Source: Escherichia coli (GTDB lineage: Bacteria; Pseudomonadota; Gammaproteobacteria; Enterobacterales; Enterobacteriaceae). Taken from it: 24,000 nucleotides of DNA. The stretch is taken from assembly GCF_964049315.1 (NCBI RefSeq), contig NZ_OZ040208.1; one strand, 5' to 3'. The notes under the pieces are model-generated. The model was not told the origin of the DNA. It saw only the letters and a list, made by a program, of their open reading frames with translations, and did not search any database. Of this stretch, positions 1 through 8,796 are shown piece by piece. Within the stretch, counting starts at the first letter, position 1, and each line of letters starts with the position of its first letter. A program made the position numbers and the translations under genes.

Positions 1-241
1 ACTGATTCAAGGCTTTAATGCCGACGAAACTTCTGTGAAAGCCATTACCGATTTTGCCGCCGACGAGCTGCACGTTAGCGAAATTCATTTCCTGCCCTAC
101 CACACGCTGGGCATCAACAAATATCACTTACTTAATCTGCCCTATGACGCCCCGGAAAAACCGCTTGATGCGCCAGAACTGCTCGACTTTGCCCAGCAGT
201 ATGCCTGCCAGAAAGGGTTAACCGCGACCTTACGAGGATAA
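1..241 (+). CDS. ybiY: Glycyl-radical enzyme activating enzyme (radical SAM), C-terminal fragment; the gene starts upstream of the window
   Basis: The reading frame is open from the window edge (frame of nt 2) to TAA at 239-241. The C-terminal [16 protein letters not shown] motif is typical of PflA-like activases. It lies 5 nt upstream of a glycyl-radical enzyme gene. Recognised as E. coli YbiY/PflE. Confidence 0.85.
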   Translation, partial: LIQGFNADETSVKAITDFAADELHVSEIHFLPYHTLGINKYHLLNLPYDAPEKPLDAPELLDFAQQYACQKGLTATLRG

Positions 242-246
242 CAACC

Positions 247-2679
247 ATGACCACACTGAAACTGGACACGCTCAGCGATCGCATTAAAGCGCACAAAAAT
301 GCGCTGGTGCATATTGTGAAACCGCCGGTCTGTACCGAGCGCGCGCAGCACTATACCGAGATGTATCAACAACATCTCGATAAGCCGATCCCGGTACGTC
401 GCGCGCTGGCACTGGCGCATCACCTGGCGAATCGCACCATCTGGATCAAGCACGATGAGTTGATCATTGGCAACCAGGCAAGCAAAGTTCGCGCCGCGCC
501 GATCTTCCCGGAATATACCGTCTCCTGGATCGAAAAAGAGATTGATGATCTGGCAGATCGTCCCGGTGCTGGTTTTGCGGTGAGCGAAGAGAACAAACGC
601 GTTCTGCATGAAGTGTGCCCGTGGTGGCGCGGTCAGACCGTACAGGATCGCTGCTACGGCATGTTTACCGATGAGCAAAAAGGTCTGCTGGCGACCGGCA
701 TCATTAAAGCGGAGGGCAATATGACCTCCGGCGATGCGCACCTGGCGGTCAATTTCCCGCTACTGCTGGAAAAAGGTCTTGATGGTCTGCGTGAGAAAGT
801 GGCGGAACGTCGCTCGCGCATCAATCTGACGGTTCTGGAAGATCTGCACGGCGAGCAATTCCTGAAAGCGATTGATATCGTGCTGGTGGCAGTCAGTGAA
901 CACATTGAACGTTTCGCTGCCCTGGCGCGTGAAATGGCCGCGACCGAAACCCGCGAAAGCCGTCGCGATGAACTGCTGACGATAGCAGAAAACTGCGATC
1001 TTATCGCCCACCAGCCGCCGCAGACTTTCTGGCAGGCGCTGCAACTGTGTTACTTCATCCAGTTGATTTTGCAGATCGAATCTAACGGTCACTCGGTATC
1101 GTTTGGTCGTATGGACCAGTATCTCTATCCATACTATCGCCGTGACGTTGAACTGAACCAGACACTGGATCGCGAACACGCCATCGAGATGCTACATAGC
1201 TGCTGGTTGAAATTGCTGGAAGTGAACAAAATCCGCTCCGGCTCACACTCAAAAGCCTCTGCGGGAAGTCCGCTGTATCAGAACGTCACTATTGGCGGGC
1301 AAAATCTGGTTGATGGTCAACCGATGGACGCGGTAAATCCACTCTCTTATGCGATCCTCGAATCTTGCGGTCGCCTGCGTTCGACTCAGCCTAACCTCAG
1401 CGTGCGTTACCATGCGGGTATGAGTAACGATTTCCTCGACGCCTGTGTTCAGGTGATCCGCTGCGGCTTCGGGATGCCGGCGTTCAACAACGACGAAATC
1501 GTCATCCCGGAATTTATTAAACTCGGTATTGAACCGCAGGACGCTTACGACTATGCAGCGATTGGTTGTATCGAAACCGCCGTCGGTGGCAAATGGGGCT
1601 ATCGCTGTACCGGCATGAGCTTTATCAACTTCGCCCGCGTGATGCTGGCGGCGCTGGAAGGCGGTCGTGATGCCACCAGCGGCAAAGTGTTCCTGCCACA
1701 AGAAAAAGCGTTGTCAGCGGGTAACTTCAACAACTTCGATGAAGTAATGGACGCATGGGATACGCAAATCCGTTACTACACGCGTAAATCAATCGAAATC
1801 GAATATGTCGTCGACACCATGCTGGAAGAGAACGTACACGATATTCTCTGCTCGGCGCTGGTCGATGACTGTATTGAGCGAGCGAAAAGTATCAAGCAAG
1901 GCGGCGCGAAATATGACTGGGTTTCTGGCCTGCAGGTCGGCATTGCTAACCTCGGCAACAGCCTGGCGGCAGTGAAGAAACTGGTATTTGAACAGGGCGC
2001 GATTGGTCAGCAACAGCTGGCTGCCGCACTGGCGGATGACTTCGACGGTCTGACTCACGAGCAGCTGCGTCAGCGGCTGATTAACGGTGCGCCGAAGTAC
2101 GGCAACGACGATGATACTGTCGATACGCTGCTGGCTCGCGCTTATCAGACCTATATCGACGAACTAAAACAGTACCATAACCCGCGCTATGGTCGTGGTC
2201 CGGTTGGCGGCAATTATTACGCGGGTACGTCATCTATCTCCGCTAACGTACCCTTTGGCGCGCAGACGATGGCAACGCCGGACGGACGTAAAGCGCATAC
2301 CCCGCTGGCAGAAGGCGCTAGTCCGGCCTCTGGTACTGACCATCTCGGCCCTACTGCGGTCATTGGCTCAGTGGGTAAACTGCCTACGGCCGCGATTCTC
2401 GGCGGCGTGCTGCTCAACCAGAAACTGAATCCAGCAACGCTGGAGAACGAATCTGACAAGCAGAAACTGATGATCCTGCTGCGCACCTTCTTCGAGGTGC
2501 ATAAAGGCTGGCATATTCAGTACAACATCGTTTCCCGCGAAACGCTGCTGGAAGCGAAAAAACATCCGGATCAGTACCGCGATCTGGTAGTGCGTGTCGC
2601 GGGCTATTCCGCCTTCTTCACCGCGCTCTCTCCAGACGCTCAGGACGATATCATCGCCCGTACTGAACATATGCTGTAA
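247..2679 (+). CDS. ybiW: Glycyl-radical enzyme, PFL-like family (historically 'putative pyruvate formate-lyase')
   Basis: 810-aa ORF with a GAGGA SD at 234-238, 8 nt before the ATG. The glycyl-radical fingerprint [11 protein letters not shown] has G786 at nt 2602-2604. The single-Cys loop AIGCIETAV has C441 at nt 1567-1569. Recognised as YbiW/PflF. Confidence 0.95.
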   Translation: MTTLKLDTLSDRIKAHKNALVHIVKPPVCTERAQHYTEMYQQHLDKPIPVRRALALAHHLANRTIWIKHDELIIGNQASKVRAAPIFPEYTVSWIEKEIDDLADRPGAGFAVSEENKRVLHEVCPWWRGQTVQDRCYGMFTDEQKGLLATGIIKAEGNMTSGDAHLAVNFPLLLEKGLDGLREKVAERRSRINLTVLEDLHGEQFLKAIDIVLVAVSEHIERFAALAREMAATETRESRRDELLTIAENCDLIAHQPPQTFWQALQLCYFIQLILQIESNGHSVSFGRMDQYLYPYYRRDVELNQTLDREHAIEMLHSCWLKLLEVNKIRSGSHSKASAGSPLYQNVTIGGQNLVDGQPMDAVNPLSYAILESCGRLRSTQPNLSVRYHAGMSNDFLDACVQVIRCGFGMPAFNNDEIVIPEFIKLGIEPQDAYDYAAIGCIETAVGGKWGYRCTGMSFINFARVMLAALEGGRDATSGKVFLPQEKALSAGNFNNFDEVMDAWDTQIRYYTRKSIEIEYVVDTMLEENVHDILCSALVDDCIERAKSIKQGGAKYDWVSGLQVGIANLGNSLAAVKKLVFEQGAIGQQQLAAALADDFDGLTHEQLRQRLINGAPKYGNDDDTVDTLLARAYQTYIDELKQYHNPRYGRGPVGGNYYAGTSSISANVPFGAQTMATPDGRKAHTPLAEGASPASGTDHLGPTAVIGSVGKLPTAAILGGVLLNQKLNPATLENESDKQKLMILLRTFFEVHKGWHIQYNIVSRETLLEAKKHPDQYRDLVVRVAGYSAFFTALSPDAQDDIIARTEHML

Positions 2680-2687
2680 TCTCCTCA

Positions 2688-2710
2688 GCCCGGCGGCGTC
2701 GTCGCCGGGC
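2688..2710 (+). terminator. GC-rich hairpin just after the ybiW stop, with no U-tract
   Basis: gcccggcg (2688-2695) pairs perfectly with cgccgggc (2703-2710) around a 7-nt loop. The following sequence caaatcatt is not T-rich, so termination efficiency is uncertain. Confidence 0.35.
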
Positions 2711-2824
2711 CAAATCATTCACATCATCAATTCCGCTCTCACTTTCATTCGAAATATAATTTGTGCTCTGCGTCACATTGTTATTACACTGTTACGGTTT
2801 CATTTTCGAGCCAGGAGCACACCT

Positions 2825-3640
2825 ATGAGCGTAAAAGTTATCGTCACAGACATGGACGGTACTTTTCTTAACGACGCCAAAACGTACAACCAACCACGTT
2901 TTATGGCGCAATATCAGGAACTGAAAAAGCGCGGCATTGAGTTCGTTGTCGCCAGCGGTAATCAGTATTACCAGCTTATTTCGTTCTTTCCTGAGCTAAA
3001 GGATGAGATCTCTTTTGTCGCGGAAAACGGCGCACTGGTTTACGAACATGGCAAGCAGTTGTTCCACGGCGAACTGACCCGACATGAATCGCGGATTGTT
3101 ATTGGCGAGTTGCTAAAAGATAAGCAACTCAATTTTGTCGCCTGCGGTCTGCAAAGTGCATATGTCAGCGAAAATGCCCCCGAAGCATTCGTCGCACTGA
3201 TGGCAAAACACTACCATCGCCTGAAACCTGTAAAAGATTATCAGGAGATTGACGACGTACTGTTCAAGTTTTCGCTCAACCTGCCGGATGAACAAATCCC
3301 GTTAGTGATCGACAAACTGCACATAGCGCTGGATGGCATTATGAAACCCGTCACCAGTGGTTTTGGCTTTATCGACTTGATTATTCCCGGTCTACATAAA
3401 GCAAACGGTATTTCGCGGTTACTGAAACGCTGGGATCTGTCACCGCAAAATGTGGTAGCGATTGGCGACAGCGGTAACGATGCGGAGATGCTGAAAATGG
3501 CGCGTTATTCCTTTGCGATGAGCAATGCTGCGGAAAACATTAAACAAATCGCCCGTTACGCTACCGATGATAATAATCATGAAGGCGCGCTGAATGTGAT
3601 TCAGGCGGTGCTGGAAAATAAACCGCCGTTTAATCTTTGA
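2825..3640 (+). CDS. ybiV: Cof-type HAD sugar phosphatase
   Basis: 271 aa counted from ATG 2825, with an AGGAG SD at 2813-2817. HAD motif I is DMDGT and motif IV is GDSGND. The ORF-track start at 2594 overlaps the ybiW 3' end and has no SD. Recognised as YbiV/SupH. Confidence 0.93.
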   Translation: MSVKVIVTDMDGTFLNDAKTYNQPRFMAQYQELKKRGIEFVVASGNQYYQLISFFPELKDEISFVAENGALVYEHGKQLFHGELTRHESRIVIGELLKDKQLNFVACGLQSAYVSENAPEAFVALMAKHYHRLKPVKDYQEIDDVLFKFSLNLPDEQIPLVIDKLHIALDGIMKPVTSGFGFIDLIIPGLHKANGISRLLKRWDLSPQNVVAIGDSGNDAEMLKMARYSFAMSNAAENIKQIARYATDDNNHEGALNVIQAVLENKPPFNL

Positions 3641-3682
3641 TTATCACCAATTCAGTTTATTGAGAAAGTGCATGTCATTATA

Positions 3683-3779
3683 CCGGATACGGCGTGACCG
3701 CCTTATTTGGCATACAAAATCATGAAAATTCAATATATTGCGATACACTACCAGGCCTGATAAGCGTAGCGCACCAGGC
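3683..3779. repeat. BIME-type element: two REP (palindromic unit) copies flanking a central L-type motif
   Basis: ccggatacggcgtgaccgccttatttggcat (3683-3715) resembles the REP consensus gccggatgcggcgtgaacgccttatccggc. gcctgataagcgtagcgcaccaggc (3754-3779) is a second REP in the opposite orientation. The sequence between them, caaaatcatgaaaattcaatatattgc, matches the recurring E. coli BIME-1 central motif as I remember it. Confidence 0.7.
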
Positions 3780-3803
3780 AATCTTGCGTTTGTCATCAGT
3801 TTC

Positions 3804-3830
3804 AGTAGCCCTGACCATATCAGGGCTACT
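3804..3830 (-). terminator. Stem-loop immediately downstream of the ybiT stop
   Basis: Perfect 10-bp stem agtagccctg / cagggctact with a 7-nt loop, 9 nt after the ybiT stop codon. There is no clear U-tract on either strand. Confidence 0.5.
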
Positions 3831-3839
3831 GATAATAAC

Positions 3840-5432
3840 TTACTCGATCCCTTTACTACGCAGGTAATCTTCGTAATTACCGCTAAAGTCGATCACGCGT
3901 TCCGGGGTGATTTCCAGAATACGGGTCGCCAGGGAGCTTACAAACTCACGGTCGTGAGAAACAAAGATCAGCGTGCCCTGATACAGTTCCAGCGCCATGT
4001 TCAGCGACTCAATGGATTCCATATCCAGGTGGTTGGTCGGTTCGTCCATGATCAGAATGTTCGGCTTCTGCATCATTAACTTACCAAACAGCATCCGCCC
4101 TTTTTCCCCACCGGAAAGCACTTTAGCTGGCTTTTTGATGTCGTCCTGGCTGAACAGCAAACGACCGAGAATACTGCGCACCGCCTGCTCGTCATCGCCT
4201 TCCTGCTTCCACTGACTCATCCATTCGAACACGGTCAGATCATTTTCAAACTCATATTCGTGGTCCTGAGCGTAGTAACCAATGCGCGCGTTTTCAGACC
4301 ATTTTACGGTGCCGCTGTCCGGTTGCAGATCGCCCACCAGCGTTTTCAGCAGCGTTGATTTACCGACGCCGTTGGTACCCAATACCGCCAGTTTTTCACC
4401 CACTTCCAGCAGCAGGTTGAGATTTTTAAACAGTGGACCGTTATCAAACCCTTTAGTCAGACCTTCCACTTCCAGCGCGTTACGGAACAGTTTCTTATCC
4501 TGTTCAAAACGGATGAACGGGTTCTGACGGCTGGAGGCTTTCACCTCTTCCAGTTTGATTTTATCAATCTGGCGCGCGCGCGAAGTTGCCTGGCGAGATT
4601 TCGAGGCGTTGGCGCTAAAGCGGCTAACGAAAGATTGCAACTCAGCAATCTGCGCTTTCTTCTTGGCGTTATCAGCCAGCAGACGTTCACGCGCCTGAGT
4701 CGCCGCCGTCATGTACTCATCGTAGTTGCCCGGATAAACGCGCAGCTCGCCGTAATCCAGATCCGCCATGTGGGTACAAACCATGTTAAGGAAGTGACGG
4801 TCGTGCGAGATGATGATCATGGTGCTGTCACGCTCGTTCAGCACCTGTTCCAGCCAGCGAATGGTGTCGATATCGAGGTTGTTGGTCGGTTCGTCGAGCA
4901 GGAGAATGTCTGGATCAGCAAACAGCGCCTGAGCCAGCAGCACACGCAGCTTCCAGCCAGGAGCAACTTCACTCATCGGGCCGTAGTGCTGTTCCACTGG
5001 AATTCCCACGCCAAGCAACAGTTCACCAGCGCGAGCTTCCGCAGAGTAACCGTCCATTTCGCCGTATTTCACTTCCAGATCGGCCACTTTATAGCCGTCT
5101 TCTTCACTCATTTCCGGCAAAGCATAGATGCGGTCACGCTCCTGCTTCACTTCCCACAACTCTTTATGCCCCATGATCACCGTATCCAGCACAGTGAACT
5201 CTTCAAAGGCAAACTGATCCTGACGCAGCTTACCAATGCGCTCGTTGGGATCGAGGGAAACGTTACCCAACGTCGGCTCTAAGTCGCCGCCGAGGATCTT
5301 CATAAAGGTGGATTTACCACTACCGTTCGCGCCAATCAGGCCGTAACGGTTGCCGCCGCCGAATTTGACGGAAATGTTTTCAAACAACGGCTTACTGCCG
5401 AACTGCATGGTGACGTTACTGGAAACTAACAC
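3840..5432 (-). CDS. ybiT: ABC-F family ATPase (two ABC cassettes, no membrane domain)
   Basis: 530 aa with a GTG start at 5432 and an AGGA SD upstream. Walker A motifs are GANGSGKST and GTNGVGKST, Walker B motifs are ILLLDEPTN and ILIMDEPTN, and the signature is LSGGEKGR. No TM segments. Recognised as YbiT. Confidence 0.95.
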
Positions 5433-5534
5433 AGGCGTATCCTGAAAAGAGATATGACAAACCGCGCATTATGCCATAAGTCTGAAAGAAGATCCTGCTC
5501 CTCGCTTAAGGTCTACACTCAAGCCAAAGGCAAA

Positions 5535-5556
5535 AAATGTGATTTCGTACACATCT
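5535..5556. promoter_or_regulatory. CRP-like site in the ybiT / ldtB divergent intergenic region
   Basis: aaaTGTGAtttcgtACACAtct matches the 22-bp CRP consensus AAATGTGATCTAGATCACATTT at 17/22 positions by hand count, with the TGTGA-N6-ACACA core at 5538-5553. Confidence 0.35.
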
Positions 5557-5559
5557 GAT

Positions 5560-5588
5560 TTCACTGTGAGCTGGAATGAACTTATAAT
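5560..5588 (+). promoter_or_regulatory. Candidate sigma70 promoter for ldtB
   Basis: A perfect -10 TATAAT at 5583-5588 sits 17 bp downstream of ttcact (5560-5565) and about 63 nt upstream of the ldtB ATG. This is a sequence-only prediction. Confidence 0.35.
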
Positions 5589-5650
5589 GCGCTTCCAGTA
5601 CTCTAATATTCTCAACCCAATGGCCTGCCAGGCACAAAATCTCGCTTAAC

Positions 5651-6571
5651 ATGAATATGAAATTGAAAACATTATTCGCAGCGGCCTTCGCTGTTGTCGG
5701 CTTTTGCAGTACCGCCTCTGCGGTAACTTATCCTCTGCCAACCGACGGGAGTCGCCTGGTTGGTCAGAATCAGGTGATCACCATTCCTGAAGGTAACACT
5801 CAGCCGCTGGAGTATTTTGCCGCCGAGTACCAGATGGGACTTTCCAATATGATGGAAGCGAACCCGGGTGTGGATACCTTCCTGCCGAAAGGCGGTACTG
5901 TACTGAACATTCCGCAGCAGCTGATCCTGCCGGATACCGTTCATGAAGGCATCGTCATTAACAGTGCAGAGATGCGTCTGTATTACTATCCGAAAGGGAC
6001 CAACACCGTTATCGTGCTGCCGATCGGCATTGGTCAGTTAGGCAAAGACACGCCTATCAACTGGACCACCAAAGTTGAGCGTAAAAAAGCAGGCCCGACC
6101 TGGACGCCGACCGCTAAAATGCACGCAGAGTACCGCGCTGCGGGCGAACCGCTTCCGGCGGTCGTTCCGGCTGGTCCGGATAACCCGATGGGGCTGTATG
6201 CACTCTACATCGGTCGCCTGTACGCTATCCATGGCACCAACGCCAACTTCGGTATCGGCCTGCGTGTAAGTCATGGTTGTGTGCGTCTGCGTAACGAAGA
6301 CATCAAATTCCTGTTCGAGAAAGTACCGGTCGGTACCCGCGTACAGTTTATTGATGAGCCGGTAAAAGCGACCACCGAGCCAGACGGCAGCCGTTATATT
6401 GAAGTCCATAACCCGCTGTCTACCACCGAAGCCCAGTTTGAAGGTCAGGAAATTGTGCCAATTACCCTGACGAAGAGCGTGCAGACAGTGACCGGTCAGC
6501 CAGATGTTGACCAGGTTGTTCTGGATGAAGCGATCAAAAATCGTTCCGGGATGCCGGTTCGTCTGAATTAA
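5651..6571 (+). CDS. ldtB: L,D-transpeptidase (YkuD domain; attaches Braun lipoprotein to peptidoglycan)
   Basis: 306 aa with the signal peptide [24 protein letters not shown] and the catalytic motif [20 protein letters not shown]. Recognised as YbiS/LdtB. Confidence 0.95.
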
Positions 6572-6588
6572 TCTTCAAAACGTAAAGC

Positions 6589-6615
6589 AAAGGCGGACTC
6601 ATAATCCGCCTTTTT
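6589..6615. terminator. Bidirectional intrinsic terminator between convergent ldtB and ybiR
   Basis: aaaggcgga (6589-6597) pairs with tccgccttt (6605-6613). The A-run before and the T-run after give a U-tract in both directions. Confidence 0.75.
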
Positions 6616-6628
6616 AATTTGACAGACC

Positions 6629-7747
6629 TTATCCCGCCGGGATCATAACCAACAAAACATATCCCACCAGCGCCGCCCACAACAGCATCGGTATCGAATA
6701 AAGATGAAAACGCCACCAGATACGGCGATCGTTCGCCATCCGTAACGCAATCAAATTTGCCAGCGATCCGGGTAATAAACCAAAGCCACCTACGTTTACC
6801 GCCCATGCCAGTAATAAAGACGGTGGCACATAATTGAGCAGCAAAATGGTACTCGGCACGTTACTGATCACCTGCGATAAACCGATCGCCGTTAACCATA
6901 ATCCGGGTTCGGATAAATGACTCACGTTACTTAACACCCCCTGCAAAACTGGCAGTTGGGTTAGTAAATGGACGTCGATAAACATCGCCATAAACACCAG
7001 CAGCAGCGTCCAGTCCACACTGAGCACCACGTGACGCGCCAGCAGCGCAAAGCCCGCCGCCACAATCACCAGTCCCCACAGCTCTTGTTTTAACTCCAGC
7101 GCCGTCAGAAAGACGATATACAGCCCCAGACAACTCCACACCAGCCGCGGTTTCCACTCCGGCGTTTGCCCTCCCGTATGGTACTGCAGCGCCTTTCCAG
7201 GGAAACAACACCAGCACAACAGCAGGAGTGTCAGCATCATTGCGCCAGCCAGCGGTGCCATTTGGGCAATAAATCCGGCAAACGAAAGACCAGAACGTCC
7301 CCAGATAAGAATATTTTGCGGGTTGCCAATTGGCGTCAGTAGCGAACCAGCGTTGACTGCCAGCGCCTCAAAAATAATCAGCCGATTAACCGGGATCTCA
7401 CACAGCCTTTTTAGCGTGATAGTCAGCGGAACAACTATAAACAGTGCGACATCGTTGGTCAGAAAGGTAGAAAGCAGCGCCGCCGCCAGTACCATAAACA
7501 TCGCCAGCCGACGCTCCGTAGCAAAACGGCGCACCATTTTGCGCCCCAGCACATCAAAATAACCGCTTAACTCGACACCTTTGGTCAGCAGCATCAGGCC
7601 GCTTAAGGTGATGATGGTGTGCCAGTCGATAGCAGCAGGCCAGGATTTCGGTGCAAAGGAAACGAAAAAACTTAATCCGATGCCAACAAGAATTAATAAC
7701 TGAAAAAAACGATCGCCTTGCAGCGTGCGTAAAAAAGGCAGGCTCAT
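6629..7747 (-). CDS. ybiR: Polytopic inner-membrane permease, ArsB/NhaD-like ion transporter superfamily, function unknown
   Basis: 372 aa, almost entirely hydrophobic helices. Its ATG overlaps the mntR stop in an ATGA overlap at 7744-7747. Recognised as YbiR. Confidence 0.9.
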
Positions 7748-8211
7748 TTGGCACCGTGTTTCTGGGTAAACAAACGAAAGGCATCCAGCGTCTCTTCACT
7801 AACATGGTGCTCCATACCTTCCGCGTCGCGACGGGCGATTTCCGGACTGACGCCCAACACCAACAAGAAATTTTCGACTATCTGATGTCGCTCGCGGCTT
7901 TCCTGCGCCAGCTTCTCTCCTTCTGCCGTTAAAAACACGCCACGCCAGGGGATCATTTCAATCAGCCCCATGGTTGCCAGTCGCTTAAGCATTTTAGCCA
8001 CCGTCGGTTGCGAAACCCCCAGACGAGCAGCCATGTCTACCTGACGAGCTTCCCCCACTTCCCTGATCAAGTCAGAAATCAGCTCAACATAATCATCAAT
8101 AAGCTCGCGCCGATGCGCCTCTCTGACCTGGCGGAACCCTTCAACGTGCTCTTCCACGTTCACTAACTGCGTCACTTTTTTTGCTGTTGGCGTACCTGCG
8201 CGACGACTCAT
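7744..8211 (-). CDS. mntR: Manganese-responsive transcriptional regulator, DtxR family
   Basis: 155 aa with an N-terminal winged-HTH ([17 protein letters not shown]) and a DtxR-type metal-binding/dimerisation region. Recognised as MntR. Confidence 0.95.
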
Positions 8212-8320
8212 TGTGCTTCCTCATTATGGTGACGCATACATAGCGTTCTCATTTCGTGCGCACATTGTAAACCAGAGTTGCGAAGGTACAAAAAATTAAC
8301 GTTTTAGCAATAGCTATATA

Positions 8321-8338
8321 ATATAGCCTGTGCTATAT
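8321..8338. promoter_or_regulatory. MntR operator-like palindrome between divergent mntR and mntS
   Basis: atATAGCctgtGCTATat has perfect 7-bp inverted arms with 4-bp spacing. This is the same ATAGC-N4-GCTAT architecture as the mntH MntR box (AACATAGCAAAGGCTATGTT, from memory). A second ATAGCTAT palindrome lies at 8310-8317. The site is about 60 bp upstream of the mntS ATG. Confidence 0.6.
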
Positions 8339-8396
8339 CTGTATGTAATGCAATCATCCCTCAAGGATCGATGGGATTAGCAAGTCAGGAGGTCTT

Positions 8397-8525
8397 ATGA
8401 ATGAGTTCAAGAGGTGTATGCGCGTGTTTAGTCATTCTCCCTTTAAAGTACGGTTAATGCTGCTCTCTATGTTGTGCGATATGGTCAACAACAAACCGCA
8501 GCAGGATAAACCTTCCGATAAATAG
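8397..8525 (+). CDS. mntS: Small manganese-homeostasis protein MntS (42 aa; transcript formerly called sRNA RybA)
   Basis: Absent from the ORF track because it is under 60 aa. ATG at 8397 follows a strong AGGAGG SD (8387-8392). The translation is MNEFKRCMRVFSHSPFKVRLMLLSMLCDMVNNKPQQDKPSDK, ending at TAG 8523-8525, and matches MntS as I recall it. Confidence 0.85.
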   Translation: MNEFKRCMRVFSHSPFKVRLMLLSMLCDMVNNKPQQDKPSDK

Positions 8526-8796
8526 CGGCGTCGCGGTACGCCGCTTCACTCCTGCTTTTATGCAGGCACAACGCGTTTTGGTCTGAAAAACCCCACTTTT
8601 TGTCGGATTTGCAATCCCCTTCGCAAAAGATTTGTTCGTCGGTAGTTGACCTGAACAGCAGCTCGCTCTATCTTCTTGCAGCCCTGCGTATATTGCGGCT
8701 CGCGGATGCGGACCCCTTTCCCCTCTTCACGCACTCTTGCAGGTATTGACCCTTGACGCCAGGGTAAGCACATGGCGTTTGTTACGATAGTGGCAT

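Noticed and set aside
142-741. A 199-aa ORF on the minus strand spans the ybiY/ybiW junction.
   Set aside because: It is fully antisense to two well-supported genes, Arg/Gly/Ala-rich as expected for a shadow frame of GC-rich codon-biased genes, and has no SD. The same reasoning applies to the minus-strand ORFs at 760-1179, 1249-1701 and 2368-2718.
2594-2824. A 77-codon N-terminal extension of ybiV is suggested by the ORF track.
   Set aside because: The extension overlaps the ybiW 3' end and the post-ybiW hairpin. The internal ATG at 2825 has an AGGAG SD and gives the HAD motif I DMDGT at the expected distance from the N-terminus.
4635-5282. A 215-aa ORF is antisense to ybiT.
   Set aside because: It is a shadow ORF inside a strongly supported ABC-F gene. 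The protein is low-complexity and basic, with no recognisable domain and no SD.
8558-8773. A 71-aa minus-strand ORF is the only listed ORF not overlapping a known gene. It sits in the 271-nt mntS-opgE spacer.
   Set aside because: No SD precedes its ATG (the upstream sequence is gccactatcgtaacaaacgcc). The predicted protein is very basic and low-complexity, and it would run antisense into the mntS 3' region. The spacer more likely holds the mntS/RybA 3' end and the opgE promoter/leader. Ribosome profiling could overturn this.
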